Part shown: piece by piece, positions 42,610 to 51,790 of the stretch | How positions within the stretch are numbered: the first letter of the stretch is position 1 | Layout of the letters: each line of letters opens with the position of its first letter | Assembly (NCBI GenBank): GCA_963748015.1 | Contig: CAVVHE010000004.1 | Coordinates: 1,984,001-2,048,000 of the forward strand | Source of the DNA: Terriglobia bacterium | GTDB taxonomy: Bacteria > Acidobacteriota > Polarisedimenticolia > Polarisedimenticolales > JAIQFR01 | Direction of reading: 5' to 3' | DNA length: 64,000 nt | Translations under genes and position numbers: made by a program | The notes under the pieces: generated by a model | What the model saw: the letters and a program-made list of their open reading frames with translations, nothing else | Databases searched by the model: none | What the model was told of the DNA's origin: nothing

Positions 42610-45252
42610 TCAGCCGCCGACGGTCAAGATCCCCCTCAACCGGATGTCCCGCGACGACGCCCCGATCATGATCCGGAACTCGCCGGGCTCCACGACCGGC
42701 CTGAGGTCCTTGTCGAGCATGCTCAACATCTCGGGGGCGAGGGTGAAGCTCACCTCTCGCGTCTCGCCCGGTTCGAGACGAACGCGCTGGAACCCCTTCA
42801 GCTCGGTCACCGGGCGCGCGACGGATGCCACCTCGTCGTGGACGTAGAGCTGGACGACCTCGTCCCCCTCCCGCGAACCAGCGTTCCTGATCTTGAAACG
42901 GACCGCCGTCGAATCGCCGGGTGCGACCCGCTGCCGGTCGAAAGTCAGGTCGCTGTACTCGAACGACGTGTAGCTCAGCCCGAAACCGAACGGGAAGAGA
43001 GGCTGACCCGTCAGGTCCCCGTAATCGTCGCCGCGGCCGGTGGGCTTGTGGTCGTAGATCAGCGGCAATTGCCCTTCTTCGACCGGGAACGTGATCGGGA
43101 GGCGTCCCGCCGGGTCGTAGTCCCCGAAGAGCACGTCGGCGATCGCGTTGCCCCCCTGCTCGCCGGGATACCAGACGTCCAACACCGCCGGTACCTCGTC
43201 GAGCCATCCGCCCATCGTGACGGCGCTGCCCCCCACCAGGACGACGACGACGGGCTTCCCCGTCCCGGCGACCCGGCGGATCAGCTCCGCCTGCCGCCCC
43301 GGAAGACCGAGCCTGGCCCGGTCGGAGAACTCGCCTTCCTCGATTCCCACCGCGACGACCGCGGCGTCGCTCTGCCGGGCAAGGGTCACGGCCTCGTCCA
43401 TCTCGGCCTGCCCTCCGGACGGAACACCGACGTTCCACACGAGCCGGATCGACCCGCCGCCGGCCGGCTCGAAGAACTCGACGCGAATGCCGTACTCCTT
43501 GTCCTCTAGGAAGTCGCGTTCCGCCAGGACCGCCCGCCCCGAGACCTTCCTCCAGCTGTCGACGACCGGCTCGCCGTCGATGTAGAGCCGGAACCCGTCG
43601 TTCCCCTCGAGTCCGATCTTGAACCGGCCGGACGCCGGGACCCTCAGTCGCCCCTTCCAACGCACCGAGTAGCAATCGCGCGGCAGCCTCTGCGGATCGG
43701 GAGACTCCAGTGTCCAGCGGAAACGGAGCTCGGGATCCACCCTCGTCACGACCGGCGACCCGCTCAGGCCGATGTTGTCGAAGTACTCCCCGACGAGCCC
43801 GGGTTGCGACGCGCCGTCGGGTCCGCTGGACAGGAACTCACCGGGCACGGCCACGTACTCGGCGTGGCCCCGGTCGCAGCCCCTCGCGTGAACGACCCGC
43901 GCCGAGCCGCCGATCGCGTTCCGGATGCCCTCGAGAATGGAGACCCGTCGCAAGCCCTTTCCGCTGTAGCCGCCCAGGCGGGCCTCGTCCGCATCGGGTC
44001 CGAGGACCGCGATCGTCCCGATGCTCTTCCTCAGGGGGAGGATCCCGCGCTCGTTCTTGAGCAGGACGACGGACTCACGCGCCGCCTCGCGGGCCAGACG
44101 GATGTGGGACTCCTCGCCGGCGGAGGGCAGGGCCTGCGCCTCGTCGACGTACGGCTTCTCGAACAACCCCAGCTCGAATTTCGCCCGAAGGACCCGCGAG
44201 ACCGCGCGATCGATCGTCTCTCGATCGATCCGTCCCTCCTGGACCGCCCTGAAGAAGAGCGGGAACTGCTCGTACGACGTCTGGAAGATCACGTCCAGCC
44301 CGCCGCGGAGAGCTCGCTCGGTCGCGTCGGCGTAGTCCTTCGCCGTTCGGTGGAGGACGTTCGCGCCGCCGACCGCGCCGGAGTCGGACACGACGAATCC
44401 CGGGAATCCCAGCTCGCCCTTGAGCAGCCGGTCGACGAGCCAGGCGTTGGCCGTGCAGGGCGTCCCGTCGAGGGAGTTGTACGACGTCATGATCGATCGA
44501 GAGCCCCCACGAAGGACGCACGCGCTGAAGGGCGGCAGGTGGACCTCACGGAGAAGCCGCTCGCTGAACTGGATCGGGTAGCTGTCGCGTCCTCCGTCGC
44601 CCACGTTCGCGATGAAGTGCTTGGGGGTCGTGATGACGCCGAGCTTCTCGAACTCCGACACGAACGCCACTCCCATTTCCGACGTCAGGTGCGGATCCTC
44701 CCCGTACGTTTCCTCGACCCGTCCCCATCGAACGTCCCCGGCGACGTTCACGACGGGCGACAGGACCTGGCGGACGCCCTGCCTCCTGCACTCGCGCGCG
44801 ATGGCGGCGGAGACCCGGTGCACCAGGGACGTGTCGAACGTCGCCGCCAGCGCGATCGCCTGGGGGAAGACGACGGCGTCCTCCTGAACGAGCCCATGGA
44901 CCGCCTCGTCGAACAGGATGACCGGTATGCCGAGGCGCGTCTCCTCGACGAAGTGGCGCTGGATGGCGTTCGCCCGGGCCGCCGATCGCCCCTGTCCTCC
45001 GGATGCGCCGAGCTGGAAGCCGAACGCGCCGTGGGCGTACCGCGGGAGCGACCCGTCGAGGCGCGTGGACAGCATGAACAGCTGCCAGAACTTCTCCTCC
45101 GGCGTCATGCGCGAGAGCAGGTCCCGCACGCGCTCCTCGACGGGAGCATCGGCCTTCTTGTACACGGGCGTCGCGGGCGGACCGGCGCAGTCGAGAAGCG
45201 CGGCGACCGCGAGGAGGCACGCAGGGAGGTCCCGGAAGCGCACGGAGGTCAC
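42610..45252 (-). CDS. GH3 beta-glucosidase with PA14 insertion and Fn3-like C-terminus
   Basis: 'RWGRVEETYGEDP', 'KHF', 'GFVVSD', PA14 'GLVGEYFDN...SVRWKG', 'PFGFGLSYTSF', 'ELKGFQRV'. Confidence 0.95.
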   Translation of the reverse strand: MTSVRFRDLPACLLAVAALLDCAGPPATPVYKKADAPVEERVRDLLSRMTPEEKFWQLFMLSTRLDGSLPRYAHGAFGFQLGASGGQGRSAARANAIQRHFVEETRLGIPVILFDEAVHGLVQEDAVVFPQAIALAATFDTSLVHRVSAAIARECRRQGVRQVLSPVVNVAGDVRWGRVEETYGEDPHLTSEMGVAFVSEFEKLGVITTPKHFIANVGDGGRDSYPIQFSERLLREVHLPPFSACVLRGGSRSIMTSYNSLDGTPCTANAWLVDRLLKGELGFPGFVVSDSGAVGGANVLHRTAKDYADATERALRGGLDVIFQTSYEQFPLFFRAVQEGRIDRETIDRAVSRVLRAKFELGLFEKPYVDEAQALPSAGEESHIRLAREAARESVVLLKNERGILPLRKSIGTIAVLGPDADEARLGGYSGKGLRRVSILEGIRNAIGGSARVVHARGCDRGHAEYVAVPGEFLSSGPDGASQPGLVGEYFDNIGLSGSPVVTRVDPELRFRWTLESPDPQRLPRDCYSVRWKGRLRVPASGRFKIGLEGNDGFRLYIDGEPVVDSWRKVSGRAVLAERDFLEDKEYGIRVEFFEPAGGGSIRLVWNVGVPSGGQAEMDEAVTLARQSDAAVVAVGIEEGEFSDRARLGLPGRQAELIRRVAGTGKPVVVVLVGGSAVTMGGWLDEVPAVLDVWYPGEQGGNAIADVLFGDYDPAGRLPITFPVEEGQLPLIYDHKPTGRGDDYGDLTGQPLFPFGFGLSYTSFEYSDLTFDRQRVAPGDSTAVRFKIRNAGSREGDEVVQLYVHDEVASVARPVTELKGFQRVRLEPGETREVSFTLAPEMLSMLDKDLRPVVEPGEFRIMIGASSRDIRLRGILTVGG

Positions 45253-46706
45253 TCGACCGCGAACCTGAACGCCCACGCGTGCGCGCACGGCGGCTTGGAC
45301 CTCACGGCCGCGGGCACGCGGATGACGAATCCCCTTCCGCTCTTCTCCCACGGCACGGGCTTCTTGGCCCCGAGCATCACGACCGCGCTCCCGGGCTTCG
45401 GAGCGAAGGAGGAAACGCGTATCGTCTCCGGAGGCTTGACCTCGTTCTCGTCGGCCAGGTAGATCGCGTTGATGGATCCGTCCGGCATGCGCGTGAACCG
45501 CAGCTTTCCCTCCGCGTACGGGGCGATCGCGCGCGTCGAGTAGATGGCGTTCCCGTTGACCTTCATCCACTCGCCCATCGCTCGCAGGCGCTCGAGAGAC
45601 GTCGGCGGCAGGTCGCCCTCGGGGCTCGGCCCGATGTTCAGGAGCAGGTTGCCCCCCTTGGAGACGATGTTCACCAGCGTCTGGATCAGCTGGTGCGGGG
45701 ACTTGTAGACGTCGTCCGGCACGTAGCTCCACGACGTCGCCATCGTCATGCAGGTCTCCCAGGCATGGTCCGGCGGCTCGTCCGGGATCTCCTGCTCGGG
45801 CGTCCGGTAGTTCTCGTACCTTCCGCCCACCGCGCGGTCCACGATGATCAGTCCGGGCTGCAGCGAGCGCGCCATCACCGCGATCGCCGGCATGTCGATG
45901 TCCTGGCCGGGGGACCTCTTGCCCTCTCCCGGCGAGCCCGGCCGAGCCGGCCGTACCCAGCCACCATCGAGCCAGAGGATGTCCACGGCGCCGTAGCCGC
46001 TCATCAACTCCCGGATCTGGTTGAACGTGAACTTCTTGAACGCTTCCCACTTCTGCGGGTACCTCCCGATGTCGTAGTTCACGTTGCGGTCGAAGGGCGG
46101 GAAGTACGGCCACCAGTAGTCGGACGAGTGCCAGTCCGGCTTCGAGAAGTAGGCGCCGACGCCGAAGCTGCGCCGGCGGAACGCGTCGAAGACCTCTTTT
46201 GCGATGTTGCTCCTGGGGTTCGATGCGAAGGGGCATTGCACGTCGGTGACCCGGTAGTCGGTCTCCCTCGTGTCGAACATGCAGAACCCGTCGTGGTGCT
46301 TCGTCGTGAAGACGACGTAGCGCATCCCCGCGTCCCGCGCCGCCTTCGCCCATGCGTCGGGGTCGAACCGGTGCGGGTTGAAGGTGGTCTTCAGGTTCTC
46401 GTACGCGCGCCGGTATTCGTCGTAGCTGCCCGCGTGGGGGCCGCGCCGGCGGCACCATTCCTCGTCCTCGGGGCAGATGCTCCAGCTCTCCACGACGCCC
46501 CACTGACTGTACGGCCCCCAGTGCAGCAGGAGTCCGAACTTCATATCCTGAAACCACTCCAGCTTCTTGAGGACGAGGGGATCGGTCTCCCTGTCGGTCG
46601 ACGCGGGCGGCTCGGCCGGCGTCGGGGCCCACAGAATGGCGAGCAGCGCGACGAGGGCGAGTCGAAGCGCGAGCCGCGTCTCGCGTGAGGACGTCCGGTG
46701 GGCCAT
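45249..46706 (-). CDS. GH29 alpha-L-fucosidase
   Basis: 'WFQDMKFGLLLHWG', 'TTKHHDGF', 'LWLDGGW' (nucleophile), 'GGNLLLNIGP'. Confidence 0.95.
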   Translation of the reverse strand: MAHRTSSRETRLALRLALVALLAILWAPTPAEPPASTDRETDPLVLKKLEWFQDMKFGLLLHWGPYSQWGVVESWSICPEDEEWCRRRGPHAGSYDEYRRAYENLKTTFNPHRFDPDAWAKAARDAGMRYVVFTTKHHDGFCMFDTRETDYRVTDVQCPFASNPRSNIAKEVFDAFRRRSFGVGAYFSKPDWHSSDYWWPYFPPFDRNVNYDIGRYPQKWEAFKKFTFNQIRELMSGYGAVDILWLDGGWVRPARPGSPGEGKRSPGQDIDMPAIAVMARSLQPGLIIVDRAVGGRYENYRTPEQEIPDEPPDHAWETCMTMATSWSYVPDDVYKSPHQLIQTLVNIVSKGGNLLLNIGPSPEGDLPPTSLERLRAMGEWMKVNGNAIYSTRAIAPYAEGKLRFTRMPDGSINAIYLADENEVKPPETIRVSSFAPKPGSAVVMLGAKKPVPWEKSGRGFVIRVPAAVRSKPPCAHAWAFRFAVE

Positions 46707-46969
46707 GGGGAAGCCCCTCCGCGGAGCGAGCGTTCCGTCGAGTACGGAAGCCGTGGCGCGGCGGGCATCGTACGCCGCGAATCGGCAGGGACTCAACCCC
46801 TGGGAGAGCCCGCACGGCCGCCGTTTTGGCCGCCGGGGGCCCGAGGCTTGAGTCCTGTCCCACCTGTGCTAATATCACTCGGTTCCGGTGAGCTTTGCCC
46901 ACCGGACGGTGCCCCCGGGCCTCCGCGGTCTCGAACGAACGGAAGTCCTTTGGGCACATCGCATTATGC

Positions 46970-47047
46970 GGGGCCGTAGTGCAGCTTGGTTAGCACACCG
47001 GACTGTCACTCCGGAGGTCGCGGGTTCGAGCCCCGTCGGCCCCGCCA
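46970..47047 (+). tRNA. tRNA-Asp(GTC)
   Basis: Acceptor GGGGCCG/CGGCCCC, anticodon arm CCGGA-CT-GTC-AC-TCCGG, GGTTCGAGCC T-arm, CCA. Confidence 0.98.
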
Positions 47048-47171
47048 ATTCATCACGACATCACCCAACTTGATAGATAATCCCCATCCAGGTCCATCGG
47101 GGCTCGCACTGGATAGGATCGCACCCCTCCGCGGTGCGGCTTCATTCCCGCTCGCTGCGCTCGCTATTGCC

Positions 47172-47196
47172 GGTTCGAGCCCCGTCGGCCCCGCCA
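47172..47196 (+). repeat. tRNA-Asp 3'-end copy 1 (25 nt, T-arm to CCA), att-like
   Basis: ggttcgagccccgtcggccccgcca is identical to the tRNA 3' end. Confidence 0.9.
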
Positions 47197-47390
47197 AACA
47201 TCGCGTCATCACGCACCGTTAGGGCTGGTCCTCCTCAGGCGGGCTCTCCACAAGACCCGCGTTGACGTCAATCCCACGATCGGCGTATAGAGTGCGCATT
47301 CGCAAGGGGGCTACAGGTTGAACGACCTGTCCCAATCTCGGGGGTGACTCTGGATCAGGGTCTGGGGCGACAACTCGCCGAGGGGCATCC

Positions 47391-49955
47391 ATGAAGAACA
47401 GCGTCACCGCTCGAATCGTCCTGAGTCTCACTTTCGGCGTTCTGTCGGCCTGGCCGGCAACTTCGGGGCCTCGCGCAGAGACGCGAGAGACGTTCGACCA
47501 ACGGATCGATGCGGAACTGAAGGGACTCGACCCGGAGGCCTTGGTCCTCTTCCGCCAGGCGAACGAGGCGCGCGGGCGCGAGGATCACGCGAAAGCCGCC
47601 GAGCTCTACGCCGAGGTGCACCGCCGCGTTCCCGGCTTCAACCACGCGCTGCGCCGCCAGTGCGGAGAGGAGATCCTCCTGCGCCGGCGCGACGCGGCGG
47701 TCAAGCACTGCAGGTCTGCGATGCAATCCGAGAGATCGCCCGAGAACCTGGCGGCGCTGGCCGCCGCGCTACTCGCTCCGTCGCTCGTCGGGACCGCCGA
47801 GCTGCCACCAGTAAGAGACGATCGACTCGAGGCCCTGAACCTCGCGACCGAGGCGGCATCGCAGAAGACGGATGACGTCTTCACCCAGTCGATCTACTGT
47901 TGGTCCGCGATCGCGTCGGAGCATTTCGAGCACCTGAAGCAATGTGTCGGGAGGCTCGAGGCGATCGGATCGGCCGGGCTGCCAGCAAACTACTTCGCCA
48001 CGATCGCCGCCTTGGCCGAGGGGCGCCTCGGTGACGCGCGCGCGTCCGCCGCGAGGGCGAGGGAACTGGGTCTCCCGGAGGAGACGTACCGCTCCCTGCT
48101 CGACAACATCGAACGTGCCGAACCGCTGTCCCGCCGGATCGGCAGACGCGCCTTGATCGTCGGAGGGGCATGGATCGCCGGCCTAGTCGCGCTGCTCGTC
48201 GTCGCCTGGCTTCTGAGCGTGGCGACGCTTCGAGCGACCCGCACTGCACCCTTGACGCCGAGAGGCGAGGAGCGCGGCGCCGAGGCGATGTTGCGCCGCG
48301 TGTACCGTGCGGTGTTGTGGCTCTGCTGCGCCTACTACTACGTTTCGATCCCGGTGGTCTTCGGCGTGGTGCTCCTGGCAGGCGGCGGCATCCTCTGGGG
48401 CATGCTCTACGTGGGACACATGCCCGTCAAGCTGCTGGTAATCGTAGCGGTCATCACGCTTGCGACGCTTTGGGCCATCCTCAGGAGCCTGTTCGTCCGG
48501 CGACGCGACGAGGATCCCGGCCCCCGCCTCGATCTCTCGCGGAATCCCCGGCTCGGAAGCGTCCTTCAGGAGGTCGCGGGCGCGATCGAGACGCGCAACG
48601 TGGACGCGGTCTTCATCACTCCCGGCACGGACATCGCGGTCTTCGAGCGAGGAGGTCTTCTCCGGCAGATGGCGGGACAACAGAAGCGCTGCCTGATCCT
48701 GGGCGCGGGCGCGCTCGAGGACATGAAGCTGCTCCCGTTCAAGGCGATCCTCGCTCACGAATTCGGTCATCTGCGCAACAAGGACACGGCGGGAGGAGGA
48801 TTTGCCATGGCGGTCCGCCGGTCTCTACTCACCATGGCGCAGAACATAGCGGCGGGTGGGGCCGCGGGATGGTTCAACCCGGCGTGGTGGTTCGTCAGCG
48901 GATTCTACCGCGTCTTCCTCAGGATCTCGCAGGGGGCATCGCGGCTCCAGGAGATCCTGGCGGACCGCTGGGCCGCAGCGAAATATGGAGCGGCCGCCTT
49001 CGAAGCCGGGCTGCGCCACGTCATCGAGCGCTCGATCCGCTTCGACGCTCACGCCAACGCGACGCTCAGCGAGGTGGTGAAGAGCAAGGCCCAGTTGCCC
49101 AATCTCTACCGCCACCGGCCTGAATCGTCGCCGCCCGAAGCGGACATCGCTAAGGCCCTTGAAGAAGCCCTGAGCCGCAAGCCGTCGCCCTACGACAGCC
49201 ACCCCTCGCCTCAGGACCGCTTCGAGGCGGTTCGCCGGATGGAATCCGCCGGACTGCCACCAGCCGTGTCCGTCACAGAGCAGGATGCCCTCGCATGGAG
49301 CCTCTTCGAGAGCCGTGAGGAGATCGAGACCTCGATGACGGCGCTCGTGAGAAAGAACGTTCTTGCGCTTCACGGCGTCGAGATTCCATCCGGTTCACCC
49401 GAAGCGAACGCGGAGAATACGCAGACGCAGAAACCGATGCTCGACTCGCGCGAACTTGAGGAACATTACCGGAACCTACCCAACGAGAAGATCGAGCGGA
49501 TCTGCCTGTACGAGACGCGTCACCTGCGACCGGAGGTCCTTCCGGTTCTCCGGGCGGAGGTGGTCCGCCGCGGACTCTCCAAAGAGCTGGTGGACGCCAT
49601 CGAAATCGTCGCCCACGGTCTCTCCCGGGACGAGTACGACGCGGTCGTCGCGTGGTTTCGGAAGAGACCGTGTCCCCTCTGTGGGCGGCAGGAGGACATG
49701 CTGAACGCGTGTTTCGAGGAGTCAGTCCGGAGCGCGGGGATCGTCTTGCAGAGGACACAGGTGGCGGTCGTGGGCTGTCCGAGCTGTCTCATGACGCGCC
49801 TTCGCGGACCGGCCGCCGCGAGCAAGGATCCCCTGGCCCTGGAGGAGGCACGTAAGGCCGGACCTTCCATGGCGCTCCTGGAATACGTCCGTGCCAATAT
49901 CGTCCTGCTCGCGCTGGAACGACGTCGAACTAGCACGGCCGGCGAGGCACTCTGA
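47391..49955 (+). CDS. M48/HtpX-like membrane zinc protease with N-terminal TPR-like region and C-terminal Cys-pair domain
   Basis: Signal peptide; TMs; 'AHEFGH', 'EILADRWA', 'HPSPQDR'; C-terminal CPLC...CPSC. Confidence 0.85.
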   Translation: MKNSVTARIVLSLTFGVLSAWPATSGPRAETRETFDQRIDAELKGLDPEALVLFRQANEARGREDHAKAAELYAEVHRRVPGFNHALRRQCGEEILLRRRDAAVKHCRSAMQSERSPENLAALAAALLAPSLVGTAELPPVRDDRLEALNLATEAASQKTDDVFTQSIYCWSAIASEHFEHLKQCVGRLEAIGSAGLPANYFATIAALAEGRLGDARASAARARELGLPEETYRSLLDNIERAEPLSRRIGRRALIVGGAWIAGLVALLVVAWLLSVATLRATRTAPLTPRGEERGAEAMLRRVYRAVLWLCCAYYYVSIPVVFGVVLLAGGGILWGMLYVGHMPVKLLVIVAVITLATLWAILRSLFVRRRDEDPGPRLDLSRNPRLGSVLQEVAGAIETRNVDAVFITPGTDIAVFERGGLLRQMAGQQKRCLILGAGALEDMKLLPFKAILAHEFGHLRNKDTAGGGFAMAVRRSLLTMAQNIAAGGAAGWFNPAWWFVSGFYRVFLRISQGASRLQEILADRWAAAKYGAAAFEAGLRHVIERSIRFDAHANATLSEVVKSKAQLPNLYRHRPESSPPEADIAKALEEALSRKPSPYDSHPSPQDRFEAVRRMESAGLPPAVSVTEQDALAWSLFESREEIETSMTALVRKNVLALHGVEIPSGSPEANAENTQTQKPMLDSRELEEHYRNLPNEKIERICLYETRHLRPEVLPVLRAEVVRRGLSKELVDAIEIVAHGLSRDEYDAVVAWFRKRPCPLCGRQEDMLNACFEESVRSAGIVLQRTQVAVVGCPSCLMTRLRGPAAASKDPLALEEARKAGPSMALLEYVRANIVLLALERRRTSTAGEAL

Positions 49956-49969
49956 CAAAAGAAGAGACT

Positions 49970-50113
49970 GACTTCCAGAATCCTTACGAAGGCATCCACG
50001 GTCTTCTTGTCGGCGCTGAAGGCCTCGAACGTCATGTCCTGCACATAGCCCTCGATCGACTCGACCGCGTCCACGATGTCTTCGCGTCGGTAGAGCCAGT
50101 CCCCAGGCGTCAC
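49970..50113 (-). pseudogene. Truncated HEPN/DUF86 (HepT-like) toxin fragment
   Basis: 'DWLYRREDIVDAVESIEGYVQDMTFEAFSADKKTVDAFVRILEV' resembles a DUF86 N-terminus; similarity ends before the Rx4H motif. Confidence 0.75.
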
Positions 50114-50392
50114 GGATGGCCTCGCTCAGGATCCGTTCCCGCAGCTGCGCATTGAGAGCGTCGGCGCCACCAGATCGACCCACGCGCCAAGGAGGCCTTC
50201 GAGGAAGCGCTTGAGCCGCACGAAATGGAACAGGCCGACGGGCTCCGAGAATTCGACCAGGATGTCCACATCGCTTCCGTCTTGTGCCTCATCCCGGGCC
50301 ACCGAGCCGAACACCGAGATCGAGGAGACCCTGAAATCATCGAGCTCGGTCCGATGGCTCGAAAGTCGCTCGAGAACCTGATCCCGTCTCAT
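50110..50392 (-). pseudogene. Minimal nucleotidyltransferase (MNT) antitoxin, frameshifted near 50162
   Basis: 'VFGSVARDEAQDGSDVDILVEF'; expected tail 'DALNAQLRERILSEA' is in another frame. Confidence 0.82.
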
Positions 50393-50425
50393 GTTGTCAC
50401 CCCGAAGGCGGTGTTCCGTAATGCC

Positions 50426-51649
50426 TTATCGCGCATGGGCCATATCGAGAGGACGATCCATAGGTGGCACGCGCCTCGCTCGCGATGACGCGGACACTTG
50501 ACCGCGGTGCCGAGGGTACGCAGATCGTACGCAAGCGGGTGGAAACGGTGGACAGAAATCAGGGCGCCGCCCCAAGAAAACCTTGAAACGGCGCCCCCTT
50601 CTTAACGTTTTGTCGCTCCGGAGGTCGCGGGTTCGAGCCCCGTCGGCCCCGCCACTGCCTTGGATGAACGGGTCCCAGGCGGCGATCGCCGCGAAGAACT
50701 CGGGCGCCTGGCTCGGAACGTCCTTGAATTCCTGAGGGCAGATACCGTTCTTCTGCACGAAGCCGTGGCTTCCGCGCGGCACGACGACGATCTTGGCGCG
50801 CTTGTTGCCGCCCGCCTCCAGTCCCTTTTCGAGGAGCGGGATGTTGCCTTGCGGCTCCACCAGGGAATCGTATTCGCCGTATACGGCCAGGAGCGGACAC
50901 TTGATCCGGGCTGGCACGTTCTCGGTCTCGGGGTCGTAGTCGATGATTCGGCTCAGTGGGCCGAACTTGGCGAACCGGGAAACGGTGCCGAGGAGATCGA
51001 GCTTCGTGCGCAGCCACTTGGACTTGCGGGCAACCTTGGCCTCCGCGATCCCGGAGCAGCGCCATTCGTTCGCTTGGTCGTCGATGATCTGCTGCTTGAC
51101 GCTGATGTTCGGGCCGGCCAGGATGACGGCAAAGGCGATTCCCGCCGGGTCCTCGGCCGCCGCCAGTTGAACGATCCAGCCTCCTTGGCTATGCCCGCAT
51201 ACGCCGACACGAGCCGGATCGATGTCAGGGCGTGCCCGCAGGTACCTTACCCCTGCGATGGCGTCCTCCGCGCGGTCCCGAAAGGTCTGCGTTTCCCAAT
51301 GGCCGCCCGACCGGTTGACGCCCTTCTTCTCGAGGAGAAGAACGGCATAGCCCTTGGCCAGGAAAGACTCGCTGATGTTCTTCCACAATGGAAACGCTCC
51401 CGGCTTCCAGGAGCTCCGGTAGGAGTAGCTCCCAGAGCCGACGATCATGACGACGCCGGGAACGGGCGCCGTCGTCGCATCTGGCTTGAGGAAGCTCGCC
51501 GCAAGCGGGGTTCCCTGGCTGGTCAATAGAACCTCCTCGCCGATGGGGATCCCCTCGTCGATCATGGCGTGCCGGGGCGCGGTAATGATCAAGCCGGCGA
51601 CGATAAGCGCCGCGAGCACCAACAGCGGAATGAGCCTCCTTCTTCTCAT
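50426..51649 (-). CDS. Secreted or membrane-anchored alpha/beta hydrolase; C-terminus reads through the att repeat
   Basis: N-terminal hydrophobic segment; GHSQGG nucleophile elbow, 'YGEYD', 'GSHGF'. Confidence 0.85.
   Translation of the reverse strand: MRRRRLIPLLVLAALIVAGLIITAPRHAMIDEGIPIGEEVLLTSQGTPLAASFLKPDATTAPVPGVVMIVGSGSYSYRSSWKPGAFPLWKNISESFLAKGYAVLLLEKKGVNRSGGHWETQTFRDRAEDAIAGVRYLRARPDIDPARVGVCGHSQGGWIVQLAAAEDPAGIAFAVILAGPNISVKQQIIDDQANEWRCSGIAEAKVARKSKWLRTKLDLLGTVSRFAKFGPLSRIIDYDPETENVPARIKCPLLAVYGEYDSLVEPQGNIPLLEKGLEAGGNKRAKIVVVPRGSHGFVQKNGICPQEFKDVPSQAPEFFAAIAAWDPFIQGSGGADGARTRDLRSDKTLRRGRRFKVFLGRRPDFCPPFPPACVRSAYPRHRGQVSASSRARRVPPMDRPLDMAHAR
50510..50654 (+). repeat. Conserved arm-like element plus tRNA-Asp 3'-half copy 2 (attR-like)
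   Basis: 27 bp identical to 51791-51817; 44-nt tRNA match at 50611-50654 with one mismatch. Confidence 0.9.
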
Positions 51650-51790
51650 GATCATGGATCGCCTCGTCGATTGTCGTTTTCATCCATGAAATACGCCCTG
51701 GCCGGTACGAGCGTTCCCTGCAAACCGCTCCCCCATCGATGAGTCAAGAGCGCCCTTGCGTCACCGATTACGGCTTGCTGCTGACTTGGC

